From positions 192,001 through 256,000 of the forward strand of contig CAWDYC010000004.1 of assembly GCA_963806535.1 (NCBI GenBank): a DNA stretch of 64,000 nucleotides, in the 5' to 3' direction. The position numbers and the translations under genes were made by a program. The notes beneath the pieces are model-generated. The model did not search any database, was not told where the DNA came from, and was given only the letters and a program-made list of their open reading frames with translations. Below, one piece after another: positions 1-12,156 of the stretch (position 1 is the first letter of the stretch; every line of letters starts with the position of its first letter). This DNA comes from Candidatus Bathyarchaeota archaeon (GTDB taxonomy: Archaea; Thermoproteota; Bathyarchaeia; Bathyarchaeales; Bathycorpusculaceae).

Positions 1-150
1 GTTCCACCTCTATACATAAATGACGCTCCACCTGTTCCCAGAGAAGAAATTGTGGAAACCACACGAGTTGGCGTAGACTATGCAGGCGAATGGAAAAATA
101 AACCTTGGAGATTTTACATAAAAGGCAATCGATTTGTTTCAGTAAAGTAA
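1..150 (+). CDS. mpg: 3-methyladenine DNA glycosylase (AAG/MPG family), C-terminal part, truncated by window start
   Basis: Frame 1 reads ...[34 protein letters not shown], the typical RxG..AG.W...PWRF...gn.fVS tail of MPG glycosylases. Confidence 0.85.
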   Translation, partial: VPPLYINDAPPVPREEIVETTRVGVDYAGEWKNKPWRFYIKGNRFVSVK

Positions 151-154
151 ACCT

Positions 155-508
155 TCAAAATTGCTTTCCAAATCTTATTTTTTGATTTTTAGCTTTTTCA
201 CTCTTTTTCCAAGGTCTTTTGACGCCGTCATTATCCCAGTACGCACAGCACATCCGAACTGTGACGTACATTTTTATATTATTATTGTAACAAAACTTTT
301 TGTTTGTTGCATCAACTTTGGAGCCGCCTGGAAGAGTAATTAAATCAGCTTTTTTTGCTCGATCCATTTCTTCTTCGTTTTGTGGGTCAATGCCACCTTC
401 ATCGTTAAGTATTTTTGGATTTACAGGTTCTTCGTTGTTCGCTACAAATTTGCAGTTATAACAATTGGTTCCGATAACCTTCTCTTTACCAGAGTTTTTT
501 TTGCTCAT
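155..508 (-). CDS. Hypothetical Cys-rich, probably metal-binding protein
   Basis: ORF with NCYNCKF and KFC...RMCCAYW motifs; start taken at MSKK. Confidence 0.6.
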   Translation of the reverse strand: MSKKNSGKEKVIGTNCYNCKFVANNEEPVNPKILNDEGGIDPQNEEEMDRAKKADLITLPGGSKVDATNKKFCYNNNIKMYVTVRMCCAYWDNDGVKRPWKKSEKAKNQKIRFGKQF

Positions 509-623
509 AAAAATCGTCACTACTTTATGAATGAATTTTCACGTATAAGTTTTTTGATGGAAATAGGTTGCCTGTTTTAAAGTAGTCTGCTTGTTACTCG
601 GTGGGACATGTTTCTGTAAAAAG

Positions 624-1503
624 CTAACTCCTTGCAGTTAGTAATGGCAAGAGTTTCTCTACTGCAACAAACGCGATTGTAGCGTAGGCGATTCCACCTA
701 GAACATCCACGAAATAGTGTTCGCCGAGGTAGACTGCGCTAAACCATGTTCCAACCGGAATAATTGCTACTGGGAGAGACTTCCACTTCCATACTTTAAA
801 GGCAAAGAGAAAAACCAGCCAAGGCATAGCTGAATGCATGCTGGGAAAGGCTGCGAAGATATTTGGGCTTAGAAAATCAAACAAGGTTTTGTAAACAGGA
901 AGTCCTAAGATTGACATCTACTGATCCAGTCAAGACTCTGATTACTTGTGGTCCTGAATATGCAGGGTTAAAGACGGAGCTATACTTGAACCATGGGGGC
1001 GCAACAGGGTAAAAGAGAAAGGTCAGCAATGCAGCGTAGGTTAATACTCCGAAAGCAATGATGTATTTCCAGTAGTTTTTGGGGCTTTTCTTCCAAAGAA
1101 CAAAAGCAAAGATTGTCGGAACAAAGAAATATATTCCATAGAAGACTGCTCCAATGTAATCTAAAGCTGGAAACCTAAAATTTTGCTGAAGAATCAAGGT
1201 TGGAATCTGCCCAAACAATTGTATATCAAAATTGCGTGGTCCAGCATGAAGAATATCCATGTCGATGCTGCCAACGACGCTATACATAATTTCATAGGAA
1301 ATGAAGACTGTGACGAATGGAAGCCAATCCTTTAGGGCACGCCATGTTCGTTGATTATAAGACGCGTAAAACAGGATGCCTATAACAAGAAATTCGGGTC
1401 CTGGAATAATTTTGTATTCTATACAGAAAATAGTTATAGCAACTGCGTAGATTCCTGAAAAGAGAAGAGAGAAGAACCGTGAAGAATGATAGTCAAAGCT
1501 CAA
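624..1503 (-). CDS. PAP2-superfamily membrane phosphatase/phosphotransferase (AUR1/IPC-synthase-like), split by one frameshift
   Basis: Multi-TM protein with YPVAPPW, AAFPSMH and GEHYFVDVLGG motifs across ORFs 877..1503 and 624..917. Confidence 0.85.
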
Positions 1504-1771
1504 ATCATGCTTTAGTTTTTCAATTTTGAGCGTTCGGATGCTCTTCTTTTTTCTTCACCATTACTTTTTATCCTAACCGCTTTCAATTAGGTTATATAAT
1601 CCTTTTTAAATGCCTTTTCCCAATTCACCTCTGAATCATTGAAGCAATAAGGAGAATTATGTGAAAACACTTATTTCAACGCAAATCTAGAAAACTATGT
1701 TTTCAAAAAAGAAGTTTAGAAACCACAAGAAACTTTAAAGACCTTACAAAACCTATAACGCCTGTGGAACA

Positions 1772-2092
1772 ATGGAAAAAGTTTGGGATGAACTAAAAAA
1801 AATCGAAGCCCAAGCAGAGCAAATCCAGAATGATGCTCAAGATAGGGCAAAAAAAATGATTCTTCTCGCAAAGCAGGATGCTGAAAAACTAATCGAAAAC
1901 AGCAAAACTTACGCTGAAGCTGAGTCACAGAAACTTTACGCGAAAGCTATTGAGGAAGCAAATCAGGAACGCGATGAACATTTAAAAGCTAATGAAGAAG
2001 CCGCTGGGAACCTGAAATCAAAAGCTGAAAAACGCATGGATAAAGCGGTTTTAGTAGTTGTGAATGCCGTACTTGAGGACACTAAACCTTGA
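1772..2092 (+). CDS. atpH: A/V-type ATP synthase peripheral stalk subunit H (G-like)
   Basis: 106-aa charged coiled coil (LKKIEAQAEQI...AKQDAEKLI) heading the ATPase cluster. Confidence 0.75.
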   Translation: MEKVWDELKKIEAQAEQIQNDAQDRAKKMILLAKQDAEKLIENSKTYAEAESQKLYAKAIEEANQERDEHLKANEEAAGNLKSKAEKRMDKAVLVVVNAVLEDTKP

Positions 2093-3142
2093 CTCAGACA
2101 ACACAGTATGCTTCTGTTCTAGCTAAAATTGGTGCAGAAAGAAGCAAACTCATCAGTGAAGCCAAACTTAAAGCACTCGCAGAAAACAAAAACCTTACTG
2201 AATTTGCAGCTCAACTTCGAGATACAAGCTACCAAGAACAAATCTCCAAATTGTCCATTGCCGCTTACAAGCCGAAAGCTTGAAAGAGCATTTAACGAAA
2301 ACCTCATCGACACTTACATAAAAATAATAAAGTATTCCCCTAAAAAAGCAAGAAAATATCTAAGTCTGTATCTTCTAAGATTCGAAATTGAGAACATAAA
2401 AGCGCTTATGAAAGCAACCAGCGCCAAATTGACTCCTGAACAAAAATTGGCGAAAATTTATTTTTCTGTGGAAGATTACTTTAAAAGACGCACGCTTATG
2501 GAGGAAGCTGTTAAAGCTTCTACTCCAGCTCAAATAATTCATGCTTTAAAGGGCACAGAGTATTTTTTACCCTTGAGCATGGGGCTGAAAAACTATGAAG
2601 AAAACGCTTCAACAGCATCTTTTGATGTATTTATAGATAAGTTTTTTTACGAAAAACTTTACGATGGCTACAAGAGTCTTAGCAAAAAAGAGCAGCCTTA
2701 CGCAAATTTTTATGCAAGCATAGAAAACGACGGCTTCGCATTGGTAACGTTGCTGAGGGGAAAAGCATTAAACTACGAACCCAACTGGCTACGGCTGGTG
2801 ATTCCTCAAAACTACTTCAACCTCAATAAATCAACAATGGAGGCTTTAGTAACCGCAATTGATTTTGAAGCAGCACTTAAAATCGTTCTCGACAGTTACT
2901 ACGCAAAATTCTTTGTTAAAGCACAAACTCCAGAGGAAACAATAGCAACCGCTGAAAAAGCCTTCAAGAAAGCAGTGATTCAACATGCTAAATCAAGCGC
3001 AATCAGTGAAACTTTTAACATTGGTTCACCGCTTGCTTTCCTGACACAGAAAGAAGCAGAAGTTTATAACCTAACTGTTTTGAGTTTGGGTGTAGATTCA
3101 GCGATGAAGCCTGAAGAAATTCGGAACCAACTTCTAATATAG
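2089..3142 (+). CDS. atpC: A/V-type ATP synthase subunit C (frameshift near 2270)
   Basis: YASVLAKIGAERSKL N-terminus joined to ...YLLRFEIENIK...LAFLTQKEAEVYNL; cluster context. Confidence 0.85.
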
Positions 3143-3161
3143 AAGTTTTATTGTTTTTGTT

Positions 3162-5198
3162 CTATGAGCTCTTTGGTTTTTCTTTTCTCGTAAGGACAAG
3201 ATCAGTGTGGATGAATTTCTGTTTGAAAGGGCTGAACTCTGATCCTGTGCCTTGGTAGAACTTGCTAAACCACTCGTAGAAATGCAGTCTTAAGGTGTGG
3301 ATAAAGACAATTAATCCTTCGAGTGCCAACACGAAAATGTTTCCGAATACTATGACAACGCCGCTAAGGCAAAAGTTAAAACTGAAGTGGATCCAACTGG
3401 ATTAACTAGGTCTGCAACAGTGTAAGTTACTAGAAGCAATGCCCAATGAGCCATAAGCAATGCAAGGATACGGCTGTAAGATATTGTGTTACTGAGTAAG
3501 CGAGTTACTAAGTCTCCTCCTTCAAAGAGTCTCCCTGATAAGGTGTCTTGTTCTGCATGTTCACCGCCACGGTGTATCGCCGGTTTTGCAACCTTCAAAT
3601 ACATTGGTTTTCCCACCACTAGAACAATAAACGATAGTAAAGGCCAAAGGATGGGTCCGCTGAGCCATGCGCCAAAATTCAATTGGTAAGCGGCAATTAG
3701 GTAAACTCCGCCAATGTAGAAGGCAATTTTCGGGACAGATGTTAAGAGGGCGTCGGCATACTGGTGTTTTAAAGCAAAGTTACTCATTTCGAGAACTATG
3801 CCGCTAATTATCTGTATTATACCCACAAACAGGCTGAACAATAGGAAAGTGAACACATTTACAGTGGGGTTTTCGAGTGGGTTAATCCACAGTGGACCCC
3901 AAGGTAATGGTTGTCCAAAAGCTTCTCCGAATACTAAACCCGCAACGCATGCAGCAGCACCGCAGGCTGCCATGATGTAACAGACATTTTTCATGGCTCT
4001 GATTTCCCTTGATTAGTAACCCAATGATTAATCCACCAAACAAAAGGATTAATCCGTGTCCAAGGTCGCCGAACATTAACCCGAAAATAATCGGGAAAGT
4101 TATTGCCATTAGAGGCGTTGGGTCTACTTCATCGTAATGTGGTAAACCGTAAAGTTTAGTGAGTTCTTCAAAAGGTCTGACAAACCTGTTATTGCTAACC
4201 TTTGTAGGCGGATCTGCAGTTTCAGCCACTTCATTTTTCAAAACTAAAACTTTTCCTTCGAGCATTTCAGTAACTTTTTCGTTGAGTTCTTGGAATTTTT
4301 TCTGTGGCACAAATCCTTTAACAGTTGCAAGCCGACCTGACTGGAATATTTTTCTTTCAGCCTGCAGAAGAGCAAGAATGTTTTCTGAAGTTTCCTTCAA
4401 CGAAGCAAGATTATCCTTGTTTTCTTCACCTAGTTTATTTAGTGAATCACAAAGTGCTTTTTCTTTGTCTGTGTTTTCTTTTAGTTGCTTGTTAACTTCT
4501 TTTAGTGCTTCAGTTACATCATGTGGCAACTCTTTTGGAATGTGAAAGATTTCGGCATGATATGTTCTTAGGATTTTCTCGATTTCTGCTTGATGTTTAG
4601 CTGGGAGGGCTAAACACAACAAAGGTTACTTCTTTTGTTATAGAGCAACGATTAATAAAAATTGGGAATCCTGAGAGGGCTGTTTCTAAACCGGAGAAGT
4701 TTTTTGTCGGTACACTTGCTACTGCAACATAAATTAGTTTCAAATCTTCCATAGCAGCAAGGTCTACTTCCATGATACTGAGCCTTTCCAACATGTCTTT
4801 TGATGTGGTTGAGTTGTTCAGTTTTTTCTTGCATAGCAAGAAAGAGCTTCATTGAGACTGTCCGTTTCTTTTTTCAGAGTTGAAATTTTTTGGCTAGTGT
4901 CTTCCAATAGAGCCTGCCAATTCTCCGCTGTAACCTGAGTTTTTGTCGGTTGAGGCAATTTGAAAATGCTAAGGAGGCTTGATTTTTCTTTAATAAGCTG
5001 ATTAATCAATACGTTTACGTCTGCAAGAGACCCTTCGACCTTCTGAATGCTCTGGTTGTAATCAGTTAAACCTGCGTTGTCTTGAGCCGTTTGTTCAATA
5101 TGGAATTCTCCAAAGTTACTTAATGCTTCCAAAATCGGCTCTACGTCTTTTTTAACGCAGATTATTGATGTAGAGGTCATTCTTTCTGGTCGCAACAT
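3162..5198 (-). CDS. atpI: A/V-type ATP synthase subunit I (a), several frameshifts, inverted relative to the rest of the cluster
   Basis: MLRPERM start, DPPT...[55 protein letters not shown] motifs; stop at 3162. Confidence 0.93.
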
Positions 5199-5254
5199 TT
5201 TTAACAGAATGTTTGATTTACCACCAAACATTTAAAGTTATATTTGGCGATGGC

Positions 5255-5563
5255 ATGATTGGCTTCGTAATTGGGGACAGTGACATGATTACTGGCTTTA
5301 GACTTGTTGGTGTTGAAGGTATCGAAGCCTCCACTAGCGATGAGGCACAACAAGCCCTACACAAAGCGCTTGCACGAAGCGATATTGGCGTCATAATTAT
5401 TAGCGAAGCATTCTCAACTGACCCTTCTATGCGGGAAGAAGTTGACAAATTACGTCAGGAACGAGTAACCCCATTAATCGTGGAGATTCCAGGAAGTAAG
5501 GGTCCTACAAATAAAACCCAACTATCTGATATTGTCAGTAAAATATTAGGCATCAAAATGTAA
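5255..5563 (+). CDS. atpF: A/V-type ATP synthase subunit F
   Basis: VIGDSDMITGFRLVGV...PLIVEIP...ILGIKM signature. Confidence 0.93.
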   Translation: MIGFVIGDSDMITGFRLVGVEGIEASTSDEAQQALHKALARSDIGVIIISEAFSTDPSMREEVDKLRQERVTPLIVEIPGSKGPTNKTQLSDIVSKILGIKM

Positions 5564-5575
5564 TGGTGAATTAAT

Positions 5576-6196
5576 ATGAGCGTTAAAAATGGTATTTCAG
5601 CGATTGCAAAAGATGTTGTAGGCGATGTGCAAAAAGAAGCAGAAGCCATAATTTTAGCTGCGGAAAATGAAGCGAAAGCAACTTTGAAGGCAGCAAAAGA
5701 GCAAGCAGACCAAAACTTCAAAGCAATAATCACCCAAGCCAAATCAAAAGCAGAAGCTGAAAAACGGAAAATTGCTTCCGTAACTGAGGTGGAAATGAGA
5801 AATCGTTTGCTTCAGACAAAAGAAGATTTAGTTGATGCTGCTTTCGAGAAAGCTTTGGTTGAACTTAGGAATTTTGTAGAAACTGACGATTACCATGATT
5901 ATCTCCTAAAGATTATACAAAACGCTGCTGAAAGAATCGGCCAAAAAAATCTTGTCATACAGGTAAACGCTAAAGATAAAGAATGGTTAACGCAAGATGT
6001 GCTGAAACGTTTATCTAAGAAGTTGCATTGTGAATTGAGACTATCCGAAAAAACTGGTGATTATCTTGGGGGATGCATAATCCAAACCGAAGACGGAAAA
6101 ATAATCTTTGATGTCACGTTGGATAATCGGTTGCAAGAACTTAAACCAGTTTTACGTGTTGAACTAGCAAAAATCTTGTTTGGAGAGGCGGTATAA
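5576..6196 (+). CDS. atpE: A/V-type ATP synthase subunit E
   Basis: N-terminal coiled coil plus LGGCIIQTEDGKIIFDVTLDNRL C-terminal motif. Confidence 0.92.
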   Translation: MSVKNGISAIAKDVVGDVQKEAEAIILAAENEAKATLKAAKEQADQNFKAIITQAKSKAEAEKRKIASVTEVEMRNRLLQTKEDLVDAAFEKALVELRNFVETDDYHDYLLKIIQNAAERIGQKNLVIQVNAKDKEWLTQDVLKRLSKKLHCELRLSEKTGDYLGGCIIQTEDGKIIFDVTLDNRLQELKPVLRVELAKILFGEAV

Positions 6197-6199
6197 AAA

Positions 6200-7971
6200 A
6201 TGCTCGTTAAAGGAAGCGTAATCAGAGTTGCAGGACCAGTCGTCGAAGCTACAGGCATGGCGCAAGCAGTCATGCATGAAATGGTCGAAGTTGGTAACGA
6301 CCGTTTAATCGGCGAAATTATCCGTTTAGAGGGCGAACAAGCAACCATTCAAGTCTACCAAAACACCATCTGGACTCAAACTCAACGAACCCGTCTTGGG
6401 CACAGGAAGTCCCCTTTCAGTGGAATTAGCTCCAGGAATCGTTGGCAACGTTTTTGACGGCATCCAAAGACCCCTTGAAGAATTAAAAAACCTCACAGGC
6501 GCATTCATCAAGCAAGCAGCCGGAATGACATCCCTTTCAAGAACTAAAAAATGGACTTTTGTTCCAACAGCAAAAGTTGGAGCTAAACTTGTAGGCGGCG
6601 ATATACTTGGCACAGTTCAAGAAACCGCCCTTTTTGAGCACCGCATACTAGTCCCAGTTAACGTTCAAGGTAAACTGGTTAAGATTGCACCAAAAGGCGA
6701 CTACACAATTACTGAAACAATCGCCACCCTCGAATCAAACGGAGCCAAAGTTGACTTACCGATGCTTCAGAAATGGCCAGTCAGAGAACCACGCCCCCAC
6801 AATCGACGTTTGTTTGCTACTTCTCCCTTAATCACTGGACAACGTGTTATCGACACTTTCTTCCCCGTTGCCAAAGGTGGAAGTGCATCTATCCCTGGTC
6901 CCTTCGGCTCAGGAAAAACTGTAACTCAGCAGCAACTGGCTAAGTGGTCAGATGCCAACATTATCATTTATGTGGGCTGCGGAGAACGCGGTAACGAAAT
7001 GGTCGATGTTCTAGATAGCTTCCCCAAATTAATCGATCCAACATCTGGGTACCCACTCATGGAGCGAACAGTTCTTGTCGCTAACACAAGCAATATGCCG
7101 GTCTCGGCTCGAGAAGCCAGTATTTACACTGGCATTACCCTTGCAGAATACTTCCGCGATATGGGCTATGCAGTCGCATTGATGGCTGACTCCACAAGCA
7201 GATGGGCTGAAGCCCTCCGAGAAGTATCCGGGCGACTCGAAGAAATGCCTGCTGAAGAAGGCTTCCCAAGTTATCTTCCATCACGTCTCGCAGAATTCTA
7301 CGAACGAACAGGTGTCGTCGAAACTTTAGGTTCAGACAAACGCGTCGGTTCCATTTGTGCCATCGGCGCAGTTTCCCCTCCAGGTGGCGACTTTTCAGAA
7401 CCAGTTACCCAACACACAAAACGTTTCACGCGAGTTTTCTGGGCACTAGATGCTGAACTTGCAGCTGCAAGACACTATCCATCAATCAACTGGATGGCAA
7501 GCTACAGCGGCTACATCCAAGACCTCGCGGAGTGGTGGCATGAACAAGTCGATAAAAACTGGAACAGCTACCGAGAAGAAGCCATGCGCATACTACAGGC
7601 TGAAGATGACCTTAAAAACATCGTAAAACTCGTTGGACCCGAAGCTTTACCTGACAAACAACGCTTAATCTTGGAAACCGCCAGAATCATCCGGATCGCT
7701 TTCCTGCAGCAGAACGCTTTGGACGCCATTGACACTTACAGTTCTCCGCATGAAACAATTCAAGATGTTGAAAATAATCGTGGACTACCACCGATTAGCA
7801 GACAACGTGGTAAGTAAGGGTGCACCCATCTTTAAAGTTACAGAATTGCCAATCACTGAGGAAATTATGCGTATGAAAACTTCGATACCCAATGATAAAT
7901 GTGAGTTGTTAGACGATTTGGAAAAGCGAATGTACGAAAGTTTCGGAATGTTGGAGTCAACATTGAGGTAA
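6200..7971 (+). CDS. atpA: A/V-type ATP synthase subunit A (two frameshifts)
   Basis: Walker [42 protein letters not shown]. Confidence 0.97.
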
Positions 7972-7976
7972 TTTAT

Positions 7977-9352
7977 ATGGCAACAAAAACAGGATTCAAG
8001 ATTGGAATACAAAGGTGTTGCTTCAATTTCTGGTCCAATCATCGTCGTAGAAAACGTGCAAGGCGTGGGTTTCGATGAATTGGTCGCAGTTAAAACTCAA
8101 CGTGGCGAAACGACGGTTGGGTAAAGTTATCCAAATTACTCAGAAAGCCGTTACCGTGCAAGTTTTCGAAGGCACAACAGGCTTGTCTCCCTCAGAAACA
8201 CGCACACGTTTTCTTGGGCACTCATTAGAAGTCCCGGTATCCACAGAAATGCTTGGACGCGTCATGAACAGTTTCGGCGAACCTATAGATGGTCACCCAC
8301 GCTTCTTCACCGAAGAAAAACGCGATGTCAATGGTTTCCCACTAAATCCAGTAGCCCGAGAATACCCTAAGGAATTCATTCAAACAGGCATTTCCGCCAT
8401 CGATGGATTAACTAGTCTTGTCCGTGGACAGAAACTTCCCGTTTTCAGTGGACCAGGTCTTGCACATAATGAACTAGCTGCCCAAATTGTGAGGCAAGCT
8501 CAAATTCGAAGTGGAGGGGAAGAGTTCTCCATAGTCTTCATTGCTATGGGCTTAGAACATGATGATGCTGCCTTCTTCCGCAAAAGCTTCGAGGAAACAG
8601 GAGCCATAAAAAACGTTGCGATGTTCCTCAACTTGGCTGACGACCCGCCGGTTGAACGCATTATTACTCCAAGAGCTGGCTTGACTTTAGCCGAGTATCT
8701 AGCATATGAACAAGATACACATGTGTTGGTCATCTTAACCGACATGACTAATTATTGTGAGGCTCTTCGAGAAGTTAGTGCTTCAATGGAAGAAGTGCCA
8801 AGCAGGAAAGGTTACCCCGGTTACATGTACAGTGACTTAGCAAGCATATACGAGCGGGCAGGCAGAATCCATGGCAAAAAAGGCTCTATTACACAAATGC
8901 CAATTTTAACCATGCCAAACGACGACATTACCCACCCAATCCCCGACCTTACCGGTTACATTACAGAAGGACAAATCGTTTTGTCTCGCTCTTTAGAGAA
9001 ACAAGGCATCTATCCGCCAATCTACGTATCTACAAGTCTGTCTCGACTGATGAAAGACGGAATTGGCAAAGACAGCACTCGAGAAGACCACGCTAACGTT
9101 TCAAGCCAGCTTTATTCAGCTTACGCCCAATACAACTCGGTGAAATCGTTAGTAACCATCATTGGCGAGGAAGGCTTAGGTCAAAGAGACAAAGAATACT
9201 TGCGCTTCGGCGAAGCCTTCGAGAAAACCCTTATCCAACAAGGCAAAAATGAGAATCGCACAATCGAACAGACCCTTTCAATCGCTTGGGATGTGCTTTC
9301 ATTGCTGCCCGATGAAGAATTAACTAGCATAAAGCCCGAATACATCAAGTAA
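7977..9352 (+). CDS. atpB: A/V-type ATP synthase subunit B (5' frameshifts)
   Basis: [64 protein letters not shown]. Confidence 0.97.
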
Positions 9353-9391
9353 GTACTATCCAAAATTTGCTAGTGAGGTCAAGTAACAAAA

Positions 9392-10021
9392 TTGTCCTCT
9401 GAAAACGTTAGTCCCACAAGAATAAACCTGATTCAAACAAAAAAGACGTTAAGCCTCGCAGAGTCTGGACGTGAGGTCCTTGAACGTAAACGTGACATAT
9501 TGCTTCGTGAATTAAGAAACAGTATCTATGAAGCCGAAAGAGCCCGCGAGGAATTGTTGGCGGCTCTTAGTAAAGCTTACCAGAGTTTAAGAGACGCAAA
9601 CATGGCTAAAGGTTCAGAGACAGTTGTTAGCGTTGCTTTGGGCTCAAGCACTAAAGCCAATTACCTCATAGATTTCAAAAGCATCATGGGTGTAACCGTG
9701 CCATCTGTAGAATTTCAAGGTGAACTTGACGTGAAACCAGACTATGGCTTCGCCAACACCAGCGTAGAACTAGACAAAGCTTTCAAGCAATTCCGCAGCA
9801 TTCTAAATTTAATTGCTGATTTAGCTGGAGCTGAAGGAGCAGCATTTCAGATTGCCAATGACGTACGCAGAACCCAGCGTCGAGTCAATGCCTTAAACTA
9901 CGTCCTTATCCCCAGGTACCGCAACACTGCCAAATGGATTGAATTAGTTCTGGAAGAAAAAGACCGAGAAGAATTTGTTAGAACAAAAATAATCAAACGT
10001 GTAATTAAGGAGCGAAAATAA
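9392..10021 (+). CDS. atpD: A/V-type ATP synthase subunit D
   Basis: PTRINL...LERKRDIL and RTQRRVNAL..VLIP...LEEKDREEF motifs. Confidence 0.95.
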   Translation: MSSENVSPTRINLIQTKKTLSLAESGREVLERKRDILLRELRNSIYEAERAREELLAALSKAYQSLRDANMAKGSETVVSVALGSSTKANYLIDFKSIMGVTVPSVEFQGELDVKPDYGFANTSVELDKAFKQFRSILNLIADLAGAEGAAFQIANDVRRTQRRVNALNYVLIPRYRNTAKWIELVLEEKDREEFVRTKIIKRVIKERK

Positions 10022-10022
10022 A

Positions 10023-10466
10023 ATGAAGTTCAGTTCGCAAACCATAAAAAAAATCTTAGTTCCAACCGATGGATCAGACTATAGCATTCATGCCGCAGAA
10101 TACGCCATAAGCATCGCCAAAACCCACGATGCACAAATCATGGTCGTCTATGTGCTAGACGAAGTTGTTATCGACCGATTTGCAAAAGTAACAGAACGCG
10201 AAGATATCGAAATGGAACTTAAAACTGATGGTCAACGATACGTCAATTATATTCTGGGTTTAGCCGAGAAAGAAGGTGTTAAAGCGACTTCTTTGATTGC
10301 AAAGGGAAGACCTTTTGAACAGATTGTGCATCTGTCTAACGGCTTAGAAATGGATTTGATTGTGCTGGGAACTTATGGACGAAGAGGCGCCGAAAGAATC
10401 CTTATCGGTAGTGTAGCCGAACGAGTGATTGAATACGCTCGTTGCCCTGTCCTAGTTGTAAAATAG
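10023..10466 (+). CDS. Universal stress protein (UspA family)
   Basis: KKILVPTDGS, DLIVLGTYGR...GSVAERV...CPVLVVK. Confidence 0.93.
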   Translation: MKFSSQTIKKILVPTDGSDYSIHAAEYAISIAKTHDAQIMVVYVLDEVVIDRFAKVTEREDIEMELKTDGQRYVNYILGLAEKEGVKATSLIAKGRPFEQIVHLSNGLEMDLIVLGTYGRRGAERILIGSVAERVIEYARCPVLVVK

Positions 10467-10720
10467 TGTCGGAGCAACTAATCTTTGACCAATAAGGACA
10501 AGTTAGATGAAGACTTCAACAAGTTTAACCTAGATATTGAACGGGCAACAGCGAAAGAAATGAATAGACTCCGCGAAGAAATCAATACACTCAAAGGAAA
10601 AAGCCTACAAAATAGGTGAAGAGCTATCGAGCCCTTCCTACAATGAAGAGAAAAGAAGTTAATTAAGAAAAAAGTTAATAGCTAAGCTTGTTGTGTGCAA
10701 TGTTAATGGAGTAATGTTGC

Positions 10721-11061
<341 letters not shown>

Positions 11062-11314
11062 ACGTCATTCTTTGAGACAAGATTGGTTCTTTCGAAAGGA
11101 CCTTTTACCCTTTTTTAGTTTCTGTTAAAACCCATGGATAAAAGATTGTGCGCTTTGTAAAACTGAAACTATAATAGTTCTCGCTTTCAATATTTTTCAG
11201 GTTTTTCTGATTCGATATGTTGAAGCTCTCTTGTAATATTTTTTTCTCAACATTTTCTTTCATATCAATAAGCGTTAAATAATACTTCGAAATAAGACAG
11301 CGGAAGGCGACATT

Positions 11315-11623
11315 ATGGATAAATGGGCTGATTGCTTAGTTTCTGCAGTTAAAACTAATCCCGACCAATTACATATTGATTTTGTAGAATGCCATTCGGA
11401 TTTTGGCTGTGTAGTCTGCGAGAATCTCATTCTTTCCAGAGCTGAACTTATTGCAAATATAAAGAAGGGGTCAACCTGCACTACAGTTTTTAAGACTCCC
11501 ATGGGTAAATGGCGCAAAGGCCAAGATGTGCATCTGGTAATTGTAGATGATAAAGAGTTCCTCAGAACTGACTTAAAAAACACTGTGGCTTCCGACAACT
11601 TTGATGATGTTCCAGAGTTTTAA
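11315..11623 (+). CDS. DUF3892-like protein
   Basis: WAD.L.SAV N-terminus and FLRTD.......DN.D.VPEF C-terminus. Confidence 0.7.
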   Translation: MDKWADCLVSAVKTNPDQLHIDFVECHSDFGCVVCENLILSRAELIANIKKGSTCTTVFKTPMGKWRKGQDVHLVIVDDKEFLRTDLKNTVASDNFDDVPEF

Positions 11624-11694
11624 AGTGATTTAAAGAGCTGTGATTCAAGAATAGATTGAATACTCGCCCGTACAAAAATACTCTATTAATTTTT

Positions 11695-11919
11695 TCACAT
11701 TACTGAACCAACGAAGCTAAGAATTATTAGAAGCATGCCAATAATCATAAAAAGTATGCCGATGGTCTGATCACGTTTTGCATGTTGGTAAGACTGTTGA
11801 TTTGTTCTAATCTTTCCCTTCGACCTATTTTCCAAATAAGTATGAATTTGGCATGACAAACATAACGGTAAACCAATAATCACAAGAATTACACCCATCA
11901 AAAAAAGAATAATTTCCAT
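11695..11919 (-). CDS. Small two-TM membrane protein
   Basis: Two hydrophobic segments flanking a basic loop. Confidence 0.55.
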   Translation of the reverse strand: MEIILFLMGVILVIIGLPLCLSCQIHTYLENRSKGKIRTNQQSYQHAKRDQTIGILFMIIGMLLIILSFVGSVM

Positions 11920-12156
11920 ATTTAGTTATGAGAGACCCCCACTAAAAAAGTTGCCGAAACAATGATGGAAAACAACTTTCAAGTATTTGAATAATTTGCA
12001 GTTGTTTTCCAATAGGCACTTCAGCAAGCTCTGAATCAAAAAACAATAATATTTAGATAGCAAATGGCTTGTTAGCACTTGTTACACACGCTAGGCAACC
12101 ACATATGCTTAAAAGGGTACCTACGAGATAAATTATTTGAGGTCTTTTTGTTGCCC

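Noticed and set aside
2089-9352. Programmed frameshifting or pseudogenisation of ATP synthase genes
   Set aside because: Breaks are scattered across unrelated genes without consistent slippery sites; assembly error is more parsimonious
10467-10620. Short coiled-coil-like reading frame (KLDEDFNKF...EINTLKG) between usp and atpK
   Set aside because: No clear start, about 40 codons; cannot be assigned
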